Source: Hyperthermus butylicus DSM 5456
GTDB taxonomy: Archaea > Thermoproteota > Thermoprotei_A > Sulfolobales > Pyrodictiaceae
Direction of reading: 5' to 3'
Assembly (NCBI RefSeq): GCF_000015145.1
Contig: NC_008818.1
Coordinates: 1,530,001-1,562,000 of the forward strand
Length of the DNA: 32,000 nucleotides
Shown here: in pieces, positions 17,098-26,388 of the stretch
Position numbering within the stretch: the first letter of the stretch is position 1
How the letters are laid out: each line of letters opens with the position of its first letter
Translations under genes and position numbers: made by a program
Notes under the pieces: model-generated
The model's database searches: none
Told to the model about the DNA's origin: nothing
Seen by the model: the letters and a program-made list of their open reading frames with translations, nothing else

Positions 17098-18258
17098 CTA
17101 TTCCTCCAGGGCTGCAAGCGCCTTTAACACGTCTATAACCGGGTTGCGCTCGGGCACCGTGGCCCTCGCTATTATCTCACGGTAGACTAGCCTTGCTAGG
17201 CTACGGCGTATCTGCACCTTTTCATGCGCCAGTACCACTGGTAGTGGCAGCCGGTAGCCGGGAAGCGTTAGCTCGTGAGCTACTGCTACGGCCTCTGCCG
17301 TCCAGGCATTGGGGTCTTCGCCGCGAGGTACTGGCACGTCTAGCCTGTATGGCCGTAGGGTGTTACCGGGTAGAACGTAGGTCGACACAATCTCTATGCC
17401 CGCTGAGCGGTAGGCGTTGCAGAGCCTCTGGGATAGCTGGCTGCACAATGGAACGGGTTCTGTGTAGGCTGAACCCACGCCAGCAGCCCTAGCTGCAGCT
17501 GCGAGAGCCAGTGCTAGGTCCTCGTCGCCTAGGCTTCCTGGTACTTCTAAACCAGCACTACGTGCCAGGCTTGTGAGGATGCTTAGTCCTGCAATACGTT
17601 TTACCACACCAATAACCCGAACGCCTTCAGAGAGCTTCGAAGCGAGAATTGTTGCCCGCAGATTGTGGTAGCGCGGAGCAAGCCTTAGAGCTTCAGGCTC
17701 AGCCAGTCCGAGCACCTTCATGTACGCTACCGCCATTGCCGCCGCGTCGGGGTCGTGTGGAGGATCCGCTATGGGACCGTCGAGGAGTATGTAGCTACCC
17801 CTGGGGGGCTCTACCGTGTCTAGAGCTGCTGTTTCAAGGAGGAGCATTGCATACTCGGAGACGAGTTCTACCATGGAGCCCGCCGGGTCTACCAGCTCGA
17901 AAACCTCCACTGCTGGATAGGAGACCCTGGCCCTGCCGTCTCGGTACTCCACCACTGCGGAGGCGGCGAAGACGTAGTAGCGGCCGAGCCTGCCACCGAC
18001 ATACTGGCGCGAACCGTCAACACCGTAGAAGGTGTTTGCACGTACTTTCCCCGGTATACCGTGTAGGAGGCCTCGCTCCTCTAGAGCTGCGAGGAGCTTC
18101 TCGCTGAGCCCCGCTAGCCTGGCATAGTCTTGGCTCTGGGCCCGGGCTAGGGCGCGGCGGAGGAGCTTCTCTACAAGCTCACCGTCGCTAGCTATCTCCG
18201 ATGCTAGCGCTGCTAGTTTCTCTCTAACCCTTTCCACCAGCTCCCTCTCCAACACCAT
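17098..18258 (-). CDS. nurA: NurA-family 5'-3' nuclease
   Basis: 'VDGSRQY...YYVFAASAVV', 'YILLDGPIADPP', late 'PVVLAHEKVQIRR'. Adjacent to and overlapping the herA stop. Confidence 0.82.
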   Translation of the reverse strand: MVLERELVERVREKLAALASEIASDGELVEKLLRRALARAQSQDYARLAGLSEKLLAALEERGLLHGIPGKVRANTFYGVDGSRQYVGGRLGRYYVFAASAVVEYRDGRARVSYPAVEVFELVDPAGSMVELVSEYAMLLLETAALDTVEPPRGSYILLDGPIADPPHDPDAAAMAVAYMKVLGLAEPEALRLAPRYHNLRATILASKLSEGVRVIGVVKRIAGLSILTSLARSAGLEVPGSLGDEDLALALAAAARAAGVGSAYTEPVPLCSQLSQRLCNAYRSAGIEIVSTYVLPGNTLRPYRLDVPVPRGEDPNAWTAEAVAVAHELTLPGYRLPLPVVLAHEKVQIRRSLARLVYREIIARATVPERNPVIDVLKALAALEE

Positions 18259-19897
18259 ACACCCGGCGTAGGCTCTCCACAAGCCGTGTTCTGCCCATCG
18301 CATGGCTTACCCTGCGGCGGCCGGTGCGTACGAGTGCCGGGAAGCCGAGCATGTTCATCTGCCCAGTTACCACTGCTATGCCGCGCGGTAGACGAGTAAG
18401 CCTCCTTTCGAGGCTTCTCGGCAGACCACCGCTAAGCTTGGAGACATACGGGATATCCTCTACCGCGAGCCTATAGATTATCCACGTGTTAACCATCGAT
18501 AGAACAACAGGATCCACGAAGGCTGGCCTCTGGCTCACGAGTACAAGGCATAGCCCGAACTTGCGGCCCTGCGTAGCTATCAGCGCGAGGTAGTCCCTGG
18601 CTAGGCTCCATGCCACTGGGTATGTGCGGGGGTTGGGTGCGTAGTTCTGGGCCTCCTCGATCACCAGCGCGAGGTAGCGCTCCTCACCCCTCACCTTGTA
18701 CTCTGTAAACACCTTGTAGAGGAGCCGGGCCAGGTAGGCTACAACGAGCTGGCGGACGGGCAGCGGTATCCCTGGGGCGCCCTCGGCTGAGAAGTCGATT
18801 ATCGCGAGGCTGGGTTGCGCCGTCAGCTCATCGATAAACCCCTTGTCTATGCTGGGCTTCCTCGATATAACACCGTAGCCCTCAACTATGTCGCCGACAA
18901 ACTTGTCCACCGCAGAGCGTACCGCACGGGCTGTCTGGGGGTGTATCGGCGCCCCGCGCCCAGTGCTTAGCTCGGAGAGCAGCTCGTAGAGCTCCGAGAC
19001 CCTCCTCGTGAATATCTCTGTGTAGCTTTGGTACTCCTCTCCCAGCTCCCTCAAAACCCTCTCAAGAGCTGCCACCTGCAGCTCGTTAACGTCTACGCCT
19101 CCAGACTTGTAGGTGACTATGAACTCTGCAAGCTCGCGAGCAGTAAACACGTCGAGGTCTATCGTGACGGTTCTGGTGTACGGCTCGAAGCGCGCCGGGC
19201 TCCGCGGGAAGACGAGCCTGTATACAGCATGGTACTCTCCAAGCCGGTGCCCTGAGGCGAAGGCTTCGTGGTAGTCTAGATAGTCGCCATTAGCATCCAC
19301 CACCACTGCCGGTAATGCACCATACCGGCCATCGCCGAGGGGTATTCTCGATAGCAGCTCTAGCATGTAGCCAACACCGTAGCTTTTCCCGCTACCTGTC
19401 TCCCCGAAGACACCAACATGCATAGTGATGTTCTCGATGTCGAGCGGCAGTCCGAGACCCTCATAGCCAAGCAGCTCACCGTACCAGACGACGCCAGGAG
19501 CATCACGTTCTACTCCGAGGAGCTTCTCGAGCTCGCCAGACCCCAGCATTCTAACACGGTCACCAGGCTTTGGTGGCCGGTCGGGCTCCTCCAGCCCTCT
19601 CCTGCCAGCTTTGCCCAGTATTGCTGCCTCTGCAAGCGTGTAGCGGCGAGCAACCTCCTCAGCTAGGGGTGGCAGGAGTCCACGCCGCCTGGCTTCACTC
19701 CAAGGGTCGCCTTCGACGAAGAACTCGTTTACTGGCACAATCCTCTCGATACGGGCTAGCAGGAGTTCCGAGCCACGGTTAGACTCTATGATTACTAGTT
19801 GGCCTTCCCTCAGCCGCTCCTCGCCAGCCTCCGTCAGCTGAATCTTAGCCTCATCGCTTGTCGAGCCACTAAGCACAAAACCTACGAGCAGTGTCAA
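18224..19897 (-). CDS. herA: HerA-type bipolar DNA helicase/translocase ATPase
   Basis: N-terminal HAS-like barrel, Walker A 'GETGSGKSYGVGYMLELLSR', 'AVVVDANGDYLDY', Walker B 'LALVIEEAQNYAP', 'ATQGRKFGLCLVLVSQRPAFVDPVVLS'. Confidence 0.93.
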   Translation of the reverse strand: MTLLVGFVLSGSTSDEAKIQLTEAGEERLREGQLVIIESNRGSELLLARIERIVPVNEFFVEGDPWSEARRRGLLPPLAEEVARRYTLAEAAILGKAGRRGLEEPDRPPKPGDRVRMLGSGELEKLLGVERDAPGVVWYGELLGYEGLGLPLDIENITMHVGVFGETGSGKSYGVGYMLELLSRIPLGDGRYGALPAVVVDANGDYLDYHEAFASGHRLGEYHAVYRLVFPRSPARFEPYTRTVTIDLDVFTARELAEFIVTYKSGGVDVNELQVAALERVLRELGEEYQSYTEIFTRRVSELYELLSELSTGRGAPIHPQTARAVRSAVDKFVGDIVEGYGVISRKPSIDKGFIDELTAQPSLAIIDFSAEGAPGIPLPVRQLVVAYLARLLYKVFTEYKVRGEERYLALVIEEAQNYAPNPRTYPVAWSLARDYLALIATQGRKFGLCLVLVSQRPAFVDPVVLSMVNTWIIYRLAVEDIPYVSKLSGGLPRSLERRLTRLPRGIAVVTGQMNMLGFPALVRTGRRRVSHAMGRTRLVESLRRVYGVGEGAGGKG

Positions 19898-19985
19898 AGT
19901 ATCCGGTGCCCCGCTCCTATTCCCTCGCCGGGGTTGAGTAGTGAAAGGGCTGCGGGTTCATCAGAGGGTCTAAAATCTCCTGGTT

Positions 19986-21212
19986 TTGCTTAATCTTCCG
20001 GAGGCGGCTGGATTGGCTCGTGCGAGAACTGTTAAGCTTTATGATAACCTCTACCTTATACGTGTCGAGGACGATGAAACAGGGTTCTTCGAGGCTCTCT
20101 GGGAGATACCAGAAGGAGTAACCTACAACTCCTACCTAATCCTAGGCCAAAAGCGTACAGTTCTGCTTGACACTGTTAAGAAGCCCTTTACACTTGACTA
20201 TCTGGAAGCTCTTAGCAGTATTACTGAGCTGCGCGATATAGATGTCATTGTGGTCCACCACTCTGAGCCAGACCACTCTGGCGCCTTGCCTGAGCTGTTA
20301 AAGCGTGTAGGTAACGTTGAAGTCTATGGTCATCCAATGGCGAAGACTATTATTGAGAGCCACTATGGTGTAAAGCTGAACTCGTTCAAGCCTGTGCGGG
20401 AGGGCGCCAGACTAGACCTCGGTGGCGATGAGTATCTAGTGTTCTATCAGACTCCATGGGTTCATTGGCCCGATACAGTTATGAGCTTCTATGAGGCTCG
20501 GGGCGTCCTATTTTCCGGTGATGTGTTCGGCTCCTACTCTATACCTTCAAGCGTGACTGACGAGCATGTGGAGGATTTTACCACATATATCCGGTTCATG
20601 AGGAAGTACTTGGCTACTGTTGCTGGGAGGTATAGGAGCTGGATATTGAAGACGCTGGACAAGCTGGAAAATGCTGGCGTTAAACCTAAGACAATAGCGC
20701 CGCTTCACGGCCTAGTACTGCGACGCTACATCGGAGACTTCTTGAGGCTTTATCGTAGCTGGGTGAGCGGCGACCTAGACAAGAGTAGGGCTGTTGTGAT
20801 CTACGGTAGTATGTACGGTGCTGTGGAGTATGCAGCACACATCGTGGCCGACATGTTACGGGAGAAGGGGCTTCACGTAGCTATCTACGGTTTCAACGAT
20901 AAGAGCCGGGCCCTCATAGCCGACGCTATCGGCGATGCGTTTGACGCAGGCTACATCGTACTAGGGGTTCCGACATATGAGGCTGAGGCCTTCCCCCTAA
21001 TGACCTATGTTGCTGAGCAGCTCTGCGCTAAGGCTGCTGCTGGGCAGAGAGTGATGCTGTTATCCTCCTATGGTTGGGGTCCTGCTGCCATAAAGAAGCT
21101 GGAGCCTTTGCTGACAAATTGTGGGTTCAAAATTGCTGCTCGAGTCGAGGTCCGCGGTGTAGAGTATGGTGACAAGCTGCGCGAGGCCGTAGAGAAGCTG
21201 CTAGCTGGCTAG
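19986..21212 (+). CDS. Flavodiiron protein (A-type flavoprotein)
   Basis: 'HHSEPDHSG', 'HWPDT', 'GDVFGSY', 'PLHG' diiron ligands and C-terminal flavodoxin-like 'YGSMYGAVEYAA...LGVPTYEAEAFP'. Confidence 0.93.
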   Translation: MLNLPEAAGLARARTVKLYDNLYLIRVEDDETGFFEALWEIPEGVTYNSYLILGQKRTVLLDTVKKPFTLDYLEALSSITELRDIDVIVVHHSEPDHSGALPELLKRVGNVEVYGHPMAKTIIESHYGVKLNSFKPVREGARLDLGGDEYLVFYQTPWVHWPDTVMSFYEARGVLFSGDVFGSYSIPSSVTDEHVEDFTTYIRFMRKYLATVAGRYRSWILKTLDKLENAGVKPKTIAPLHGLVLRRYIGDFLRLYRSWVSGDLDKSRAVVIYGSMYGAVEYAAHIVADMLREKGLHVAIYGFNDKSRALIADAIGDAFDAGYIVLGVPTYEAEAFPLMTYVAEQLCAKAAAGQRVMLLSSYGWGPAAIKKLEPLLTNCGFKIAARVEVRGVEYGDKLREAVEKLLAG

Positions 21213-21253
21213 GATAGTGATAAACCGCTATACAGCTGGAGGCTCTGCCCCGG

Positions 21254-22624
21254 GTGCAGCTAGGATCCATGGGCGGGCTTGGGGGGCTGCTAAAGGCGTT
21301 AGAGAGGGTTGGCTGGCTGCTAGATCGTAACGTTCCAGTGCTAGGCTGTAGGCTTGGATCTCGCAGCTGCTGGAATGTGAGAGGCGACTACTGGCTAGCG
21401 GGTGGGTTTGAGAAGAGCATTGTCAGCCAGCTCTTCCACTCTACTTTCGGGGTTAGAGTATCCTTTGATGAGAGGCTTGTGGTTTTTCACCGTATACCAG
21501 CACCTCAGAGCGAGTATGCCATCGAGGTTTTTGCTGAAGCGCTAAGACTCAGCGCAATAGAGTATGTGGCTGGGCGTGGCTGGGTTCTCCACCCTAGTGG
21601 TGCAGCTGCAAGTCTTGCAGCAAGCCTTGGCGCTCCAACCATCGGCGTTTCAGGGCCGCGGGGAAGGCGGCTTAAGGGTAAACGTGTAAGGCTCCCAGAG
21701 TGTAGCATTGGGAGCCGCAACTGGGTCTTGGTATCCGTTGATGGCTGGGTAGGCCCTGCGAGGGTTGTTGGAGAGTGTACTGTGAAGGTTAAGGACTTGG
21801 CTCCAAAGGGTATGAGGCTCCTAGATCCCGGCAGCATGGAGGAGGCAGTGGAAGTTAACGCGGAGGTAGTAGGCGGCCTAGCCTCTGAGGCTAGGGAGTT
21901 TATCAGACGCGTCTACGCGAGGTACCAGGCTAGCAGGGGCAGGCTATACGTAGCCTTTAGCGGTGGCTCCGACTCCGCCACAGTCCTCAGCCTCGCGAGG
22001 GAGGCTGTTGGCCCCGAGAACGTGGTAGCAGTATACGTTGACACCGGCATGGAGTTTCCGGAGACACGAAGGTATGTTGAGAAGGTTACTAGCATCCTGG
22101 GTGTAGACCTAGAGGTTGTTGAAGCTGAAGCTGAACCCATCGAGGAGATTAGGAGAAGAGGGCTCATGACGAGGGATGACAGGTGGTGTACCCGGCTACT
22201 AAAGCTCAAGCCGTTGCGGCGCTTCTACCGGTCACGCGGCGTAAGGCTCATACTCGACGGGGCTCGCCGCTGGGAAAGCACGACGAGAGCCTCGACACCT
22301 AGGATTGGCGAGAATCCCCTCATACCTGGCGTCGTGAGGGCACTACCCATACATCACTGGCCACGGCTGGCTGTGCAGCTCTACCTCTACGAGAGGGGCA
22401 TACCATTCAACCACCTTTACAGCAAGGGGCTCACACGCATAGGCTGCATATCATGCCCCGCAATGCATCTCTACGAGCTACACATAGCATACCATCTACA
22501 CCCCTGGTGGTTTGAGAAGCTAGCTGAGGCCGTAGCAGAGCACTACGGGCTCTCACAGCGCGAAGCCCTGCGGTTGCTATTAGTCGGCTCCTGGAGGAAG
22601 GCTGGAGGCCGAAAGGCGTCTTAG
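21254..22624 (+). CDS. PAPS-reductase-family (PP-loop) protein with N-terminal extension
   Basis: PP-loop 'YVAFSGGSDSATVLSLA', 'VYVDTGMEFPET', 'RWCTRLLKLKPL', 'IGCISCPA'; about 210 aa precede the PP-loop domain. Confidence 0.85.
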   Translation: MQLGSMGGLGGLLKALERVGWLLDRNVPVLGCRLGSRSCWNVRGDYWLAGGFEKSIVSQLFHSTFGVRVSFDERLVVFHRIPAPQSEYAIEVFAEALRLSAIEYVAGRGWVLHPSGAAASLAASLGAPTIGVSGPRGRRLKGKRVRLPECSIGSRNWVLVSVDGWVGPARVVGECTVKVKDLAPKGMRLLDPGSMEEAVEVNAEVVGGLASEAREFIRRVYARYQASRGRLYVAFSGGSDSATVLSLAREAVGPENVVAVYVDTGMEFPETRRYVEKVTSILGVDLEVVEAEAEPIEEIRRRGLMTRDDRWCTRLLKLKPLRRFYRSRGVRLILDGARRWESTTRASTPRIGENPLIPGVVRALPIHHWPRLAVQLYLYERGIPFNHLYSKGLTRIGCISCPAMHLYELHIAYHLHPWWFEKLAEAVAEHYGLSQREALRLLLVGSWRKAGGRKAS

Positions 22625-22888
22625 AAGCTGGGCTGCCTCGCGCAGCTCAGCTCCCGCCTTTGCAGCACCACGCAGCTCTAGGGTGTTTGCTATCGCTTCA
22701 AGCCTATCAGCTAGAGCCTCCACAGCTACGAGATACCTTGGAGCCATTGATAGTTCGTACTCTCGAGCCTCGTCGAGCGCAACTACAAGTATGTCCTCAA
22801 GCTCCTCACATAGGTCTCGCGCGGCGGACTCGCTGCATGCACTACGTATCCGGGACAGTGCCTCTACAATTATCTCCCCCGGCTCCAT
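22580..22888 (-). CDS. Small helical hypothetical protein
   Basis: ATG at 22888 gives MEPGEIIVEALSRIRSACSESAARDLCEELEDILVVALDEAREYELSMAPRYLVAVEALADRLEAIANTLELRGAAKAGAELREAAQLLRRLSASSLPPGAD. The residues upstream of this Met in the track ORF look non-coding. Confidence 0.6.
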   Translation of the reverse strand: MEPGEIIVEALSRIRSACSESAARDLCEELEDILVVALDEAREYELSMAPRYLVAVEALADRLEAIANTLELRGAAKAGAELREAAQLLRRLSASSLPPGAD

Positions 22889-23032
22889 GTTATTCAACCC
22901 CCAACCTCTCGGGGCTGATGAATTCCAGGCCCCAAGACCCGAGAGGGCAGGGGGTGACGAGGGGATTAGCCGCCTGACCCTCCCCTCTTGACTCACTGGT
23001 AGGGGCTTAGCCGATAAGGTATTACCTCGGTT

Positions 23033-24391
23033 ATGGTTTCCCCTGGGGCTCCGTGGTTGAGGCCAGGCGACTGGTTCATAGACATGTTTACTAGCGAGGC
23101 TGAGAAGCTCCTGGAGTCCCTGAAGGCGCGGCAGGCTGGAAGGAGTCTTCAGAGCGTTGATACGTACTGGTGGGTTCCAGGCCTTCCCGAGGATGGGGAT
23201 GCTGATCGCCCAGTTGCAGCCGTGGATGGAGGCGGCGGATTCCAGCCTCTTGCTATGGGGTGGAGCCTCTACATAGCCAGGGCGTACGGCTACGTTGAGG
23301 GTGGGGAGCCCGAGAGGGGGCTGGAGCTTCGCCTCTATCCTGTCCGCGATACCCGTGTCCTCGACTCGCTAAGATCCTGGCTTGAGCACAGGATTGCTGT
23401 GAGGCTCGTGCACCGGCTCCCACCGGGCAGCATACTCCTAATGGATGGCAGTTTGTGGACCACAATCACGTCGGCTTTCCGCTCCATAGCCAGACTTGCA
23501 TCTAGTTCGATAAGCGGTATCGGAGGGGTCTACACGGCGCTCCACAGCAGCTACCTACTCGCCGAGGTAGCTACACTCTGTAGAACTGCTGCTGAGCGGG
23601 GGGTTAGGCTTGCCTATGTATCGAAGGATCACGGGTTTAGGGCTTTAAAGGAGAAGGTTTTACTTGAAATGGTTGCCTCGAAGGCCAAGCCGCTGGCCCA
23701 GCTGGTTTCAAGGGCTCTGGATTACTACCCGCTAGCGATGAGGGAGCAGCTGCTATCCGCTCGAAGGCTCGTCCCGAGAGAGCTGAGAGGCCTCTATGAC
23801 GCTGCACTAGACCCGAGCTACCGAGATCCAGCATTCCTAGCTGACACCGCGGGCTTCAGTGTTGGCTACACGTGGCCGCTAAGGCTGCCACCGCCGCACC
23901 AGCTGCACAGCAGGCTAAGACGTGGCGGGCTACGCGGTCTCCTCGAGGCTGCAGCTGAGAAGGCCTATGTACTCCTCGGAGACGAGCCGGAGGCTAGCGA
24001 ATTCCGCTCCCTCGCAGAGAGGCTGCCAGAGCTTCTAGACCAGCTACCCGGCGTAAGCATGGTCTATGTTAGGCTTGCTCCTGGCGACCAGCCTCTCCTC
24101 GTCGAGATACCCGGGCCTTCAGGCAGCTACTATTCGACGGGAAGGGTGCTCGTAGAGCCCGACGCCGCCGTGGAGGAGGTGCTCGCTGCTCTTCGCAGAG
24201 GCTACGGGGATCCCGATTACTACAATATACCGCTCATAGCTGCCCACTTGAACGCTACGATCACAGGGAGGCAGATGGAGGAGTACATGGGGCTCCTTGA
24301 GAGCCTAGCACTGGCCCAGGGTGTAGGGCTGCGGTTTACAAGACGCTACAGTATATCTCGAAGGTTTAGGAGGAGATTTGGAAGACTGTAA
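23033..24391 (+). CDS. Second NurA-domain protein
   Basis: 'PVAAVDGGGGFQPLAMGWSLYIARAYGYV', 'GSILLMDGSLWTTIT', 'LAYVSKDHGFRALK' form the acidic-residue pattern of the NurA domain. Confidence 0.75.
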   Translation: MVSPGAPWLRPGDWFIDMFTSEAEKLLESLKARQAGRSLQSVDTYWWVPGLPEDGDADRPVAAVDGGGGFQPLAMGWSLYIARAYGYVEGGEPERGLELRLYPVRDTRVLDSLRSWLEHRIAVRLVHRLPPGSILLMDGSLWTTITSAFRSIARLASSSISGIGGVYTALHSSYLLAEVATLCRTAAERGVRLAYVSKDHGFRALKEKVLLEMVASKAKPLAQLVSRALDYYPLAMREQLLSARRLVPRELRGLYDAALDPSYRDPAFLADTAGFSVGYTWPLRLPPPHQLHSRLRRGGLRGLLEAAAEKAYVLLGDEPEASEFRSLAERLPELLDQLPGVSMVYVRLAPGDQPLLVEIPGPSGSYYSTGRVLVEPDAAVEEVLAALRRGYGDPDYYNIPLIAAHLNATITGRQMEEYMGLLESLALAQGVGLRFTRRYSISRRFRRRFGRL

Positions 24392-24428
24392 AACTCCTTA
24401 ACCCTTGTAGACACTCGTTACTACATGG

Positions 24429-25058
24429 GTGGGTTTGATGGCATCTAGACGGCATACCACTCTTCTAGCAGTACTTCTGGCAGGTATCATTGCAGCTACT
24501 GTTATCGCCATTTATGCTCGTGGCAGGAGCGGTGCTGCCAGTGTTAGCCCGGTAAGCCTTGACAAGCTGCCGTGGCCACGGCTTGTCAAGGTTTCGACTC
24601 CTGCCATAGGTTCTAATGGCGTGTTTGAACACGCATATACTTGCGATGGTTCCGATACATCACCAATGCTGACCATAGAGCTTACTGGTAACGCTGCGAA
24701 AGCCAAGTCACTGTTAATAGTAATGTTTGATCCTGATGCTCCCCGTGGAGTGTTTATCCACTGGCTCGTCTACAACATACCTGTAAACTCCACTGTAGTC
24801 GTTGTACCCGATAGTTTACCCAGACAAGCTGTAGTGGACGGCTTTTACCAAGGTGTTAACGACTTCGGCTGGATCGGCTACGGTGGGCCCTGTCCACCTC
24901 CGGGCGACCAGCCACATAGATACTACATACGTGTATTCGCCCTAGACTCTATGATCTCCTTGAGGCCGGGGCTACGGCTCGATGATGTGTGGAACGTCGC
25001 TAAGAGCCACATTATAGCGTATGGCGAGGCTGTCGGAACGTATAGCAGGGCTGGCTAA
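24429..25058 (+). CDS. PEBP family protein (YbhB/YbcL type) with N-terminal signal/anchor
   Basis: 'YTCDGSDTSPMLTIE', 'FDPDAPRGVFIHWLVYNIP', 'GYGGPCPPPGDQPHRYYIRVFALD' are PEBP hallmarks. Confidence 0.92.
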   Translation: MGLMASRRHTTLLAVLLAGIIAATVIAIYARGRSGAASVSPVSLDKLPWPRLVKVSTPAIGSNGVFEHAYTCDGSDTSPMLTIELTGNAAKAKSLLIVMFDPDAPRGVFIHWLVYNIPVNSTVVVVPDSLPRQAVVDGFYQGVNDFGWIGYGGPCPPPGDQPHRYYIRVFALDSMISLRPGLRLDDVWNVAKSHIIAYGEAVGTYSRAG

Positions 25059-25180
25059 GGCATCTTAGACTTGTGGAGCTACAGGGGAGGATTCGGGAGA
25101 AGTGTAGTGAGGAGGAGTGCCTTGGCCGCGTACCACATACCTATCATGGTCCCGATTAGGGCCAAGGTTGTGCGTATTCC

Positions 25181-26161
25181 GTGTTCCCAAGGGTTGGCTC
25201 TCGATGGCTTGGAGGAGTAATAGTTGAGCTTGAGACTGGCGCGCGTGTAGACATGCTAATGCCCGGCTCTATTGCGCGGTGGCTCCAGCCTGGAGAGCAC
25301 GTAGAGGCGTTATTCACGGAGGAGCCCGAGGCCATTAATGGCGCCTATGTCGCGCCAAAGGATAGCTATAGGCTTTGGCGGCTATGGAGTGACGGCAGCC
25401 GGGTCGAAAAGATACCGGTTTGGCCGCCGTGGAAAAAGGAGGTAAGACTGGAGAGGGAGAGCGTCTTCGGAAGGAAATTGTACGAGTACAGGATTGTTGC
25501 CAGGGAGGCTGTCTCGGAGGATGACTACAAGGAGATTGTGAGCCTGGAACAGTACCATTATGCAAGCAAGGAGGAAATAGTGGCTATTTGGCGCTGCCCG
25601 CTCTGTGGCAGGTACGCTGAAGCCAATGTACAGCCGGAATGTCCAATGTGCGGTGTACCTATGAAGCTACAAGAGATAAGGGGTAGTCTTCCTTCGAGCC
25701 GGTTTATGGTTCTAGAACTTGTCTCTAGGGAGCCCTATGAGCCCAGGATAGTGGGCTATGTACGTGTCGACACGCCGATACCCCTAATGCATCGGCGCAT
25801 AGTAACTGAGGACGGCAGGGTAATAGTCGAGAAGATGATTAGAGAAAAGGTGTTTCCAAGGGACTGGTTCCACCCAACCTTCTGGCCCCTTGCCATTCAG
25901 AGGAGAAGGCAGATACTTGAGAGGTTTAGGGAGTTAGCAGACCTCTATGGCTCGAAAAGAATTGCACGTGCAGCCGTGGGCGAAGAGATAGCTGAAGAGG
26001 CTCTACGTAGGGCTAACACCGCCGCTGCCCGCATTGCCCGCGTAGTAGTACACCCTGACTACCGTGGCGACGGTCTTGGCGTGTTAGCTGTAAAGCTTGC
26101 CGTGGAGTGGATAAAAGGAGCGGCGAATACCAGAGATGAAGCGCGCCAAACACGTCGTTGA
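25181..26161 (+). CDS. GNAT-containing N-terminal portion of a COG2401-type acetyltransferase/ABC-ATPase (track frame ends after a probable frameshift)
   Basis: 'WRCPLCGRYAEANVQPECPMCGVPM' zinc ribbon; GNAT 'ARIARVVVHPDYRGDGLGVLAVKLAVEWIK'. After 26116 the plausible GNAT C-terminus continues in the +1 frame to TAG 26277-26279. Confidence 0.8.
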   Translation: MFPRVGSRWLGGVIVELETGARVDMLMPGSIARWLQPGEHVEALFTEEPEAINGAYVAPKDSYRLWRLWSDGSRVEKIPVWPPWKKEVRLERESVFGRKLYEYRIVAREAVSEDDYKEIVSLEQYHYASKEEIVAIWRCPLCGRYAEANVQPECPMCGVPMKLQEIRGSLPSSRFMVLELVSREPYEPRIVGYVRVDTPIPLMHRRIVTEDGRVIVEKMIREKVFPRDWFHPTFWPLAIQRRRQILERFRELADLYGSKRIARAAVGEEIAEEALRRANTAAARIARVVVHPDYRGDGLGVLAVKLAVEWIKGAANTRDEARQTRR

Positions 26162-26388
26162 GACCATAGCTCAGATGGCTAGGTATAACCCGTTCTTTGA
26201 AAAGGCGGGCTTCTACTACATGTGGGATACTGCGAGCAGCCGCCCAGTCCTCATGTACCCGCTAACCGAGGAGGCTTAGGAGGAGGATACTCGAGTTCCT
26301 ACAACGCGACCCCCAAGCGAGGAGGCATGGAGGCAAGCTGTTCCAGCCAAGGTATGGCAGGGTTGAGCCATTAGCTGGACCTATAAGG

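Noticed and set aside
17193-18107. Plus-strand ORFs 17193..17492 and 17649..18107 opposite nurA
   Set aside because: Shadow ORFs opposite a confident NurA frame, rich in Arg/Leu/Pro/Cys.
19028-19782. Plus-strand ORFs opposite herA (19028..19255, 19418..19666, 19570..19782)
   Set aside because: Antisense to strong HerA Walker and motif sequence; no family features.
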